A stretch of DNA of 64,000 nt from Chrysomallon squamiferum (taxonomy: Eukaryota; Animalia; Mollusca), in NCBI GenBank assembly GCA_012295275.1, contig CM022672.1:558001-622000 (forward strand). The letters are read 5' to 3'. A model generated the notes under the pieces. The model had not been told where the DNA came from and searched no databases. It saw only the letters and a program-made list of their open reading frames with translations. A program made the position numbers and the translations under genes. Below, in pieces: positions 27,295 through 38,890 of the stretch (positions are counted from its first letter, which is position 1; the number at the start of each line of letters is the position of its first letter).

Positions 27295-30200
27295 TACTGG
27301 TTTGTACTGTGTTGCAGGTACTGGACAGGTCTTGGTGTGAAGTGGATGGGGTTAGGGTTTCTCTAAGACTCTGGGATACATTTGGTTACCATGACAAAGA
27401 TAGAAGATTTGCCTACAGAGGGTTAGTTTAAATCAACAGAGTAATATAGTAAATTATTATTTTAAAATGTATTAAAGGCTTACCTAACTTATATTCCTGA
27501 CAGTTTTTTTCAATATATTTATATTTTATTACTGCAGAACTGTAACAAATTAATATTTAAAAGTTTTTGAATGATTTTGTTTTCTTCGCACTATTCATAA
27601 TAATATTTTGAACACAGTCTATGTAAAAATGTGGAATAAATGAAGTTGTTTCATGTTTCAGAGCGGATGTCATAGCTATATGTTTCAGTACAGTTCGGCC
27701 GAGCTCGCTGCAGAATGTTAAAAGAATCTGGTACCCAGAGATTCGCAGATTCTGTCCAACAACACCCATTGTGTTAGTGGGTACCCAGGTCGACCTGAGG
27801 TTTCTGCACAAAGACGATGATTACATCAACATGCAGAAAGGATTGTTGTACAAGTGAGTGTTGTATGAAACTATTTAAACAATATTTAAAAACAGTTTTC
27901 ACTTTATAAAATATGTTCTATTTATATATATGTATCTATTTGTTTAGTAAGTGTTCAGATATTTTAACATCACATATAAACCTTTCCATCATGATATTTA
28001 TTTTAACACTAAGAGAGAGATTTTCTGTGTAGGTATAAAATACACTCTAAGAGAGATTTATTTTGTGCAGGTTTAAAAACTAAAAGAAATGTTTGTTGTG
28101 TATAGGTGTATTGGAGAGAAGGACATAATAACACCTGAAGCTGGACGAGACATGGCTAAAGACATCGGCGCTCCGTATTACGAGACAAGTGTGCTCACTC
28201 ACCACGGCGTGGAGGATGTCTTCATCAACTCCATCCGAGCTTTTCTCATTGAAAACAGAAAAATCAGATTCTGGAATGCACAGCTACGCAAAGTTCAGCG
28301 ACCTCTCATACAGCCTCCCATGATGATGCCCAGACCACCATTGCCTAAGGTAACTGTTCCCCCAGCAACCATTCGTGATGACCTTTCACATTTGCTGTAC
28401 AACCAGGCGGAGGGTGATGTTGTGTTTGTTGTACATTCCTCCTGCATCAGAGCACACAAGATCTGTTTGATGGTGACGTCAGAATTCTTTGAGGAACTGT
28501 TCTCACTGGAGCCACTGTCAATGTCTCACCATGATAAAAAACTGAAACAGCTTTCACGGATACGCGCTGCCAGTGACCCTCGTCACCACGATGAGGAGCG
28601 GCTGCTGGAGAGTGACCAGGACTCGGTGAACCTGTCAGACAGAGAGTGCAGCCAGAGTGCCGTGTACGTAAACCACGTTGACGTGAGCGAGGATGAGGTG
28701 AGTGAACAGTACCCCGTGTCTGTCCCTTTCTCACACCCAGCTGTCAAGTGGGTGGAGATCAAGTACATTGAGGACCCGTTTGATCCGAGTGTACAGATCC
28801 TGCAGACCGTGGTCACAATAAACGAGAGTGTCACTCCCAGGGCATTTCAGCACATTCTCGACTTCCTGTACACAGGCAAGGTGAAAGAATGCTACGACAT
28901 CTGGAATGAGGTGAAGAATGCTGCGTCACTTCTCAATCTGTCTACCATGTTGGTGATGATGTCGAACATGACGTCAGGTGAAATGTTTCTCAACAACACC
29001 CTGGAGCAAGAATTTCACGAGTGTCGACGGATCAAACTGAAAGAACTCGCCATAGACAAAGAGTTGCTGGCAGGTAACACATGTCACACTTGTCTTTCAA
29101 CTTGTCCTGCTGCGTGATGGCTTTTTTCACACAACATAGGCAAAGAAAATTATTTTGTAGAGTCAGTGATTGAGTTTATCAAAATAGACTTATCTCTTTC
29201 CTTGCAATAAGCATCTACACAAACTTTTATCACTGTTAACTGAAGAAAGTCGATTTACCCACAGCCGTATATATACTTTATATTTGCAGTGAAAGGGTTA
29301 AAAGATTATACATGATGTTTACTATTTCATACACTGAACAGAGGTAGAGGAGTTTATTTCTATAACAGATGTGTAGTATTCATAGAATGCAGCAGTCTTT
29401 GGTTTTAAACCCATTTATATGTAAATTTGTTTATAACATTTAACACTGCCCAGAAACCCCCCCCAAAAACAACCTCTGAGTAAACTTAGTTAAATGTATG
29501 TTTGTTTAAGACATTTAAATAAACTTCTGAATAAATCTATAAAGTTGAATGTGTTGTATTCTGAATGATAATCTTTTGTCTGTGTTTTATTAAACATTTA
29601 CAAATGAAATCTGTTGTTACAGATGTGATGTTTAAATTGGATGATGGTGTAGTAGCAGCTCACAAGCCACTGTTGATGGCGAGGTGTGAGATGATGTTTG
29701 CCATGTTTAACAGTGACTTTGTTGAGTCATCAGCTGATGTGGTAAACTTTAGAATAATTTATACTTGAAGTTCTACTTAAATAATAATAATAATTACTAT
29801 TATTATTATTATTATTATTATGATTGTCATTATTATTAGATTATTATCATTATTATTATTACTATTACAGTTATTATTATTAACATCATTATTGTCATTA
29901 GTATTATTATTTGTTTGTTTATTTATTTTTATATAGTCTGATATAGTCATTTAAAGTGCATAGACTGATTTCATTGTTGTACAACTTCAATTTTTTTTTT
30001 CTTACATTAATATAGCTGACAAGGAATAAAATGTTAGAATGTTTTAAAACAACACAGAACTGTTTAACTGTAGATTATAGTGTCTTACCCTAGAGACAGT
30101 ATTTCATATTGCAGCAACACTTTAAAGTGGTAGCCTGTCAATGTGTTTGTGATGTGTAGTTAGAAATGTTGTTTTTCAGGTTCCGTTTCCAGGAATCGGC

Positions 30201-32356
30201 TGTGACACATTTCGAGCACTGCGTGAATACCTGTACACAGGTGAACTGACAGTCATGACAGGTGTCGACTGCATTCAGCTCATAGAGGTTGCCAATCGCC
30301 TGTGTCTGCCTCGCCTGGTCAGCCTCACTGAGCTCTTTGTGGTGCAGGAATGAGGTAAATCTGTCTTTATTAATTAATACTGGAACCAGCTGAGAAAGAA
30401 AGAGCGAGGAGGAGGAGGACGTGCTGGAGGAGATCTTGTTAATAATGGAACCAGCTGAGGTAAATCTATCTTTATTAATTAATACTGGAACCAGCTGAGG
30501 TAAATCTGTCTTTATTAATTAATACTGGAACCAGCTGAGGTAAATCTGTCTTTATTAATTAATACTGGAACCAGCTGAGGTAAATCTGTCTTTATTAATT
30601 AATACTTAATACTGGAACCAGCTGAGGTAAATCTGTCTTTATTAATTAATACTGGAACCAGCTGAGGTAAATCTGTCTTTATTAATTAATACTGGAACCA
30701 GCTGAGGTAAATCTGTCATTAAATCTGTATTATTAATTAATACTGGAACCAGCTGAGGTAAATCTGTCTTTATTAATTAATACTGGAACCAGCTGAGGTA
30801 AATCTGTCTTTATTAATTAATACTGGAACAAACTGAGGTAAATCTGTCTTTATTAATTAATAATGGAACCAGCTGAGGTAAATCTGTCTTTATTAATTAA
30901 TACTGGAACCAGCTGAGGTAAATCTGTCTTTATTAATTAATACTGGAACAAGCTGAAGTAAATCTGTCTTTGTTAATTAATACTGGAACCAGTCTGGTAA
31001 ATCTGTCTTTTAATTAATTAATAAATCTAACTACTGAGGTAAATCTGTCTTTGTTAATTAATACTGGAACCAGTCTGGTAAATCTGTCTTTATTAATTAA
31101 TACTGGAACAAGCTGAGGTAAATCTGTCTTTGTTAATTAATACTGGAACCAGCATGATAAATCTATCTTTGTTAGTTAATCTTTTAATACTTTAACTCTC
31201 TTTATTAGTTAATATTCAATACCTGAATAGATAACTACCTTTATTAGTTAATATTCTAATACCTCAATAGGTAATTCTCTTTATTAGTTTCAAATACTAA
31301 ATAGTTGGCAGAGATTATAAAATGGATCTTCAGTAAACTGTTTTATACACTTCAGCTGCACAATGCAGGTCAGTTAGCCAAATGGTGTCGACGCTACCTG
31401 GCTCTGCACTACAAAGAAATCCACCAGAAACACAGCAAGCTGCTAAAGAGTCTGCGCAAAGAAAACCAGGATTTCATCGAAAACAACCGCTGGCCTCCGC
31501 TCTGGTAATTTTACTTTCTGTCTCTGTCATTTTGTCATTTCATGTCACTGTAACTAGTATATGTTAACATCACTGCCTGTGGTTTGAGTTACATCACTTT
31601 ATGTTATCGACAGTCACTAATCATTTAAATTTCCACTGTGCCAGATTAACAATTTTCACAGACTACTGGCATTAAGAAGAAATAATCCTGCTAACAGTAG
31701 TAAATCACTACAGAGTATTTGTAATCAGTTTACATCACTGTGTAATACATGATAAATTTAAAACATTTTTTATGTAGATTAGTTTATGTTAGATTATGTT
31801 GCTTGGGATCTCAAAGGTTTGTAACATGTACATGTGTGTTTTTTGTTTATTTTAGTTTATGTTACTGTGTATTACAGGTATCTCAAAGATTGGTAACATG
31901 TTTATGTTAGTTTATGTTACTGTATGTTACAGGTATCTCAAAGATTGGTAACATGTTTATGTTAGTTTATGTTACTCTATATTACAGGTATCTCAAAGAC
32001 ATGTAACATATTTATGTTTATGTTACTCTATTACAGGTATCTCAAAGACACGTAACATGTTTATGTTACTGTGTATTACAGGTATCTCAAAGACACGTAA
32101 CATGTTTATGTTAGTTTATGTTACTGTATATTACAGGTATCTCAAAGGTTGGTAACATGTTTATGTTACTGTGTATTGCAGGTATCTCAAGGATTTGGAT
32201 CACTATGAGCGAGTATCGCAGGACTCGACTCGCTGTGAGCAGAAACAGGTTCAAGACTTCAACCGCTGGCTGCGTTGTTCTGCTGGATGTTTGTGTTTTA
32301 GCCGCCGTGGCCGAGCACGTTTCAACCGAGAGGAGGCCAGTGAGTTGCCAGTGTAA
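26792..32356 (+). CDS. RHOBTB: Rho-related BTB domain-containing protein (RhoBTB1/2-like): Rho GTPase, Pro-rich segment, split BTB1, BTB2, C-terminal domain. As assembled, exon 6 has a 40-bp insertion and an in-frame TGA
   Basis: Exons 26792-26983, 27318-27421, 27662-27853, 28106-29073, 29623-29741, 30180-30459, 31356-31504, 32182-32356. Motifs: [107 protein letters not shown]. Total 2179 nt, or 2139 nt (a multiple of 3) without the 40-bp unit. Confidence 0.93.
27318..27421 (+). CDS. RHOBTB: RhoBTB coding exon 2
   Basis: ttgcag|[36 protein letters not shown]|GTTAGT. Confidence 0.92.
27662..27853 (+). CDS. RHOBTB: RhoBTB coding exon 3
   Basis: [48 protein letters not shown]...LLY AA|GTGAGT. 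Confidence 0.92.
28106..29073 (+). CDS. RHOBTB: RhoBTB coding exon 4 (end of GTPase, Pro-rich segment, split BTB1)
   Basis: Lies within ORF 28089..29117; tatag|G TGT... to GCA G|GTAACA. Confidence 0.92.
29623..29741 (+). CDS. RHOBTB: RhoBTB coding exon 5 (BTB2 start)
   Basis: [40 protein letters not shown]|GTAAAC. Confidence 0.92.
30180..30459 (+). CDS. RHOBTB: RhoBTB coding exon 6, disrupted by a 40-bp repeat unit (30351-30390)
   Basis: [21 protein letters not shown]...[20 protein letters not shown], then in a shifted frame ...[18 protein letters not shown]|GTAAAT. Confidence 0.85.
30440..31290 (+). repeat. 40-bp minisatellite built from the exon 6 donor junction (~18 copies, degenerate after ~31180)
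   Basis: Unit ACTGGAACCAGCTGAG|GTAAATCTGTCTTTATTAATTAAT; the first copy is the real exon end. Confidence 0.95.
31356..31504 (+). CDS. RHOBTB: RhoBTB coding exon 7
   Basis: ttcag|[19 protein letters not shown]...NNRWPPL TG|GTAATT. Confidence 0.92.
31790..32195 (+). repeat. 45-55-bp minisatellite built from the exon 8 acceptor junction (6 decoys, 1 degenerate copy, then the real site)
   Basis: Unit TTATGTTACTGTGTATTACAG|GTATCTCAAAGATTGGTAACATGT. Confidence 0.95.
32182..32356 (+). CDS. RHOBTB: RhoBTB coding exon 8 (stop)
   Basis: ttgcag|[14 protein letters not shown]...[30 protein letters not shown]. Confidence 0.9.
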
Positions 32357-33392
32357 ACCACAACAGCTACAACAACATCACAGCTAACATGATGCTATAC
32401 TACTGTTTAGCACTCTTGGAGATTTTCTAATGCATTTCCTTCCTGTTACTATATAATGTTTTTTTTTTTTTTTTTTTATTTTTTTTAACTAAAATGTTTG
32501 TATGACTACTGTTAAGTCTGGTTTGTATGTTTTTTTCACCAGTTTCAAGTCACTTGTTTTTAAAACAGTGTTTTGTAAATATTCCTATGTAAGAATTAAA
32601 TTATTGAACTGTATATAATGATGAATCTTTACGCTGCACAAATCTTTTTGTTTATTGTTGTGAACTCATACTTGTTTTTTGTTTGATAAATGTTTCAGAT
32701 AACTAAATTTTAAAAATCTGATTTTCTTTAATCTTCTCAGGATTTTTACATTAACTGAAATTCTAGACATTCACTTGATATAATCTGCCACAGTTTTAGA
32801 AAATTATTTGAAATGCCATCAGGATTTCTGAACAGTAAAAATATAGATTTAGATTTGTGTACTGTGAAGATTTTCGAATAAAAGATTGTTCATCTGTGAT
32901 CTGTAGATCAAAAGATTTTTAGTATTTTGTTTGTATTCTGATTCTGGTCTGTTGTCTTTTACATGTTCTGAATTGCACAGAATTTTAAATTTTAAGTAAA
33001 CAGTTGATATGTGATATTTACAATGCAATTTCAGATTTTGGAATTTTTTCAAATAAACTGTTTTTGTAATTGTATTAATTTAGAATGTTTATTTCCTTGC
33101 AGTTTGAAATGGAGTGGTGATAAAATTATTATTAAATGTTTTTGAACATTTTTAAAGTAGAAAAATAAATATTGCAGTATATGCATAATTTAAAGGCATG
33201 TAGGTAGAACTATTTTAATATATTTATGGTGGAAACTGATGTTTTTTTACTTTAATGAATTCTGTGGTAGAATGATGGATACAGAAAAAATTGTTTTGTA
33301 TATGAAGTTGTCATCAGAAGGTGCAGTTGTAAACATCTGGCTAAAATACTTACAATATAAGTAGTTTTATTGTGACACCAGATATTGTATTA

Positions 33393-33423
<31 letters not shown>

Positions 33424-34091
33424 TTCAGCATTTTTTGTACGGTTAAATTTTATACTGATATATATGAAAAAAATTGTAAAATATATGCATTTTATATATA
33501 GTCAGATTCTGTGTTCATTTTATTTTAGTAGTTTTATTTATTTATTTATTTATATTATTATTATTATATTATTTTATTATTTTATATATATATGTTTTTG
33601 ATATTGTAAACTATATGCATTTGTTTAAAAAAAAAAAAAAATTAAACATTTATTTTCTTGTCATTTGTCCATTGTTAAATAAGTAGTGTTGAAAGAAGTT
33701 TTGTTTTATGAATGTTGTTAAAATATTTCTTTGTTAGTAAAAAAAACAAAAGTTGTTTTTTTTTGTTTTTATTGTGTTAAAACTTATTGCTCCTGGTAAA
33801 TGGCAAAATTAACTGATAGAAAATTACCCGTTGTTTGTAATTTTTAAAATAACCTGTTTTCAATGCTGTCAGTATTATTAATCTGGCAAATAAAGTCATC
33901 ATTCTTTGCAGTTTAAGTGTACATGTGTCTGTCTATGAGAACAAGAACTCCAAAAATATTTTGTTTATTTTAAAGTTATTATTTTATTTCTCATCCACTT
34001 AGAATATTTGGCGATTGAACAGTTTTGAAAATAATCAGACTTGGTCCCACATCCAAACATACAGTCCTTTTATATTTCTGTAGTTCTGTGT

Positions 34092-34138
<47 letters not shown>

Positions 34139-37100
34139 GTTTTTGTTTTTGTTGTTATTGTTGTTGTTAAACATTATTATTAGGAAAGGTTGACACTCAG
34201 TAACAACAACTAAAATGTACAAAATATATTTAGAGTATGTGTGTTCTGATGTTCAAAGATAAATTTTATGGTGCTCAGTTTTGTTGTTAGATAATGATAC
34301 ATTTATTTTAATCCTGTCTTGCCTATTGCCAATGTAACCATGGTTACATAAAGGTGCTGCTGACCTTTGTTTTTTTGATATTCATTATTTATGGTTTTTT
34401 GTTTTGTTTGATAAAGTTTGTGCTTTGTTATTTGAATGTATGTAAAAAATGTTTTGTTTTTGTATAGTTCATTGTCTGTTTATACAGACATACATACAAT
34501 CACATTAATTGTACAAACACTGTAAAAAAAAATTGTTGATTTGTTTTTTGAAAAGTGATTACAGGATAAACCACTTTAGTTTGTCACATACATCTACTTG
34601 CTTTATTAGTTTACAACACTGAAAAAATATATAATGAAAAAAATGTTTTTCAAATGAATGAATATTTGTTATCTTTTTTCATTGAAACTAGAGGAAACAA
34701 ACATCAGTACATAATTTTAAAAATGTCTTTCACTGTTTGCCTGTACAGATTGTAAATAAATAAAAAAATTAATTTGTTATGCACACAAAACATTGAAGTC
34801 TTTCTTATTTTCACGTATTAAACTCCGCTTACCAAAGCTTTACAAGTTGCATTTTAAATTAATTTATACAAAAATGTCTGTGAGTAATTTAAAATTTGAC
34901 ATACATTCTTTAAATGAATGTAAACATTATGTAGCATAGTGACATTGCATCAGCAACAGAGTGTGTTTGAGTTTTGAGAAAAAACAAACATAGTTAATAT
35001 TGTTATTTCATTCAAAAGCCAGTGCTGGGTATTCAGTGTTCTAGTGAGCTTTCTAACCCACCTACCTCCAGTTAGTTCTGTTAACCTGATTGAGAATTTC
35101 TGTGGTTTAAAATCACAGTAGACTGGTGTGTTACAGGCATTTCTTTTATTAATACTTATTCAAGTAAGTTTAGAATTTGTGGTAAATATGTTGTAGGTAG
35201 TCTATGACTGGCTGGCACTGGCATGTAGCTTGTATCTGCTTAGTTTGTTAAGCTAGTTGTACTCACCTAGTTTTTATTCTTAATCATACCAGCAGCCTAG
35301 TTTGTCTAGCTAATTGCACTAGCCTAGTTTGTCTAGTTAGTTGTACCAGCCTAGGTTGCCTAGTTATCTGTTCCAGCTTAGTTTGTATAATAGATGTTTC
35401 TGACCTAGTTTTCTTGTGAGAAACACTGGCCCTAAATTACTGCTGGTATAAAATTATCTATCTTGGGAAACATCAATTGGATCTTTTTTTTTTATTTTTT
35501 AAAATTAATTTTCATAATGTGATAGTATGTACATACAGGTTTCAGTGTGAAGAGATTTTTGCATTTGACTTTTTTTATACAATATTTTCTGTTTATTTAT
35601 AAAAATGTATTGTGTGTATTATATAGTGCTCTGTTTGAAATTGTTTGAATCTTAAAGGTGCTGTATTTGAAATTGTTTGGTTTGCTTGTTCTATATTTAT
35701 TTGTGAAATTGATTTGTTACAGGTTGTAAATCTTATATTTTGTTTGTATTTAAAGAAATTTTTTATTTGAGCAATGAGATGTTTTTTAAAATCAGCACAA
35801 ACTTATTGCTTCTATCTTTATTTTCCATTATCTAAGAAATAAACAAACATATTTCTAATCTCATTTATAAAACAAACATAGAATAATTATTAAAACAACA
35901 ACAAAAATCTCTTATGTCAATATTTGAAAATGGTTAACACAGAGAAACAGGTATTATGTTATGATAATCGACAAAACTTCAATTGTTAGAACGTGAATGA
36001 AGAGACAAAAATGTCAGTCATGTTTGAACTGTTTTACTAATGGGGTTTTTCACGTCACTACTAAGATCTTGAAGTAAACTTCTCATGTTTTAAGAAATAT
36101 ACAAAAAAGGAGAAAACTGTTTATTGTTTTTCTCAGTTGTTACATACTCAAGGCCTCTTGTTTTCTTTATTTCATGAAAATTGTGTTCATTAAAATGTTT
36201 TTTTTTGACATTATGTGAAGAAGAAGCAGGTAAACACACACTGTCTCTCTGTAGTAACTGGGGGATATTATTATTAGTAGTAGTACAACCTATTAAAATT
36301 TAAAAACTACAAATCATTTATAAATAAAGTGCGATAGCTAAACACAATATATGAACCTGAAATGCTAGAAAATTGAAATAGATTTTTCTGTAGTCTTGAA
36401 AAGTATCACAAAGCATCTGGATCCAGCGAAGATGTCTGAATTTCAAACATGCTTGTCAATTATACCTTACAAAAGTAGTATTTTCAATAAAAATCATAAA
36501 AACAAAAATATAAGAATAATAATAAGAATACCATAACACAAACTGCATTGGTTTTCTGAATAGAAAACATGATGAACTGTCATTCACTGAAATTACTTGG
36601 CTTTAAATATGCTGTGGGTGTTGTAATGTATCCCATATGTGTTTTGTTTTTTTACACATATTGAAGTAGTTTCCACGGAGGTATTTTGTTGGATAAAAGC
36701 AGCAATAGAATTTTGAAACAAGACAAGTGAATGATCCATGGACTGTGCCACATATTTAATTCACTTCACATTTGACTGTTCAGCAATTTGTTGTTTGATA
36801 ATCTATTGTACAATAATTTACTATACAGTATTTTATGTAGAGTAACTTACTATACAATATTTTATGTACAATAGCTTACTAAACAAAATTTCATATTTTT
36901 GCTCACTGTAAAATATTTTGTGTACAACACCTAATTACTGTACAGTATTTTATAGTTTAATGGTTTACACTCTTAATAGATTACTGTTCAATATTGTATG
37001 ATAAGCTACTGTACAATATTGTATTCTGTAATAGGTTACTGTACAATAGGTTATACTACAATATTTGATTGTTTAATAGGTTATTGTGAGAAAATGTATT

Positions 37101-37390
37101 CCATAACTGGTTGCTGTAGAATTTTTTTTTATGTATTATGCAATATTATATTGTTTATTAAATTATTGTACAATATCTTGTTGTATAGCAGTACACTGTA
37201 CAATATATTATACAATTGGCTGCTGTACATTATTGTATGAAAGGTACTGTACAAAATGTATTGTGTAACAGATATTTGTGTAACAGTATTTGCAACATTT
37301 ACTTCTTTGTGTTGTCATAGTAAATGTTTAAAAGTAACTTTATTTTAAATACCTCTAATTATTGTAATGCAAAACCACAGTGAGTTCTTC

Positions 37391-37572
37391 TAATTTCTTG
37401 TAAAATAATGTAAAATATTAAACTCGTAATTTCTTGTAAAATAATGTAAAATATTAAACTTATAATTTCTTGTAAAATAATGTAAAATATTAAACTCTTA
37501 ATTTCTTGTAAAATAATGTAAAATATTAAACTCTTAATTTCTTGTAAAATAATGTAAAATATTAAACTCTTA
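37391..37572. repeat. 36-bp tandem repeat, 5 copies
   Basis: TAATTTCTTGTAAAATAATGTAAAATATTAAACTCT. Confidence 0.92.
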
Positions 37573-38649
37573 ACACAGACTGTCTATATTTAATACGTGT
37601 GATATTAAATCTATCCAGGAAATACTTGATCCCTCCCTAAACAGAGTAAATCACAGTGTCTGTTTTATTACTAAACTGTTTAAAACAGAAAATGCTATAT
37701 AAGTTTACTACTACTACTGTTATACTACTGCCACTACTACTGCTACATCTGTTAATACTACTACTGTTATGAATGTACAGTGGTTGGATGGAAACAGTTT
37801 TTGTATATAAGAACAAAAGTAAATAAAATAATTTACCACATTTATTTTTGTTTGTATTTCTTTCAACAGGAACTGTATATTGAAATTAAATTGTTCCAAA
37901 ATATCTGATGAATAAGTAGTTTAATAAGACAATTTAGACTAATTAAAAAAACATGGCATCAATTAAACAAATTTCACTGACAGAGATTAGAAATTTCTTG
38001 TTTAATAATAAAAACAATCATTTTACAGTTAAAAATAATCAGTTTCTATAAATAATGTTAGTTAACAATGTAACAAATTTAAGTCTGGCACATATCAAAT
38101 TAGTAGTTTATTTTATTTTGTATTTTTATTATTTTTTAGTTTATTGTAACTTTTTTTTGTATACATTTCTGATCTATATTCAGTTTTATGATGTAATTCT
38201 CAGTTTTACTTACAACATTTACTTGTTTTATTTGATCATTTCCCTAATAAATATTTTTCAAAAGCAAAATTGGTTTTCACTCTAATTTGTTCTAACAGCA
38301 ATGTTATGATGCTTTATTAAAAGCTATAAAACAAATTCAGCTTTTTTTTCTTACTGGTAGACCTTACTTTCATCAATGTTATACATAAAAATAAATAAAT
38401 AAATAAAAATAATAAGTTAAATAAATAAATAAATAAATAAATAGACAGACAGACAGACAGGTATTTAGATAAATAAATAAACCAATGTATTTTACAACTT
38501 GTATTATTCTTATTTATTTTATTATCTTAGTAACATTAAAAACAAGGCAGCTTTATAATAATAGCCTTAATAATTTATTTTTTTGTTCAGAACAAACTAT
38601 TTGATTTTTTCTTAACAATGTATAAGATGAATCAAATTAATTTTTTCAA

Positions 38650-38890
38650 GAAAGGCGCATACCTTTTGTACATGTTTGAAACATTTTTCCCGACACGTGG
38701 GAAAAGTGCGACACACCTTTCTCAAAGGGGGACAACTCTTTCACCATACGCGGGAAAAGTGCGACACACCTCACCGAAGGGGGACAACTCTTTTCCCACA
38801 CGTGGGAAAAAATGGGACACACCTTTTGCAAATTTCGACCAATTTTTTTTTCCGACGCGTGGAAAAAATGCGACGCTCCTTTTGTAAATG
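38650..38890. repeat. GC-richer cluster of four ~50-60-bp units containing palindromes (probable transposon subterminal remnant)
   Basis: TTTTCCC-ACACGT-GGGAAAA-GTGCGACACACC-type units. Confidence 0.7.

Noticed and set aside
28447-28834. Antisense ORFs
   Set aside because: Shadows of RhoBTB exon 4.
30351-30353. In-frame TGA as selenocysteine or readthrough
   Set aside because: It is the first triplet of a repeat unit, it is accompanied by a frameshift, and I recognised no SECIS element.
30355-30389. 35-nt GT...AG micro-intron rescuing exon 6
   Set aside because: Splicing it out leaves the TGA at 30351 in frame, and it is very short for a metazoan intron.
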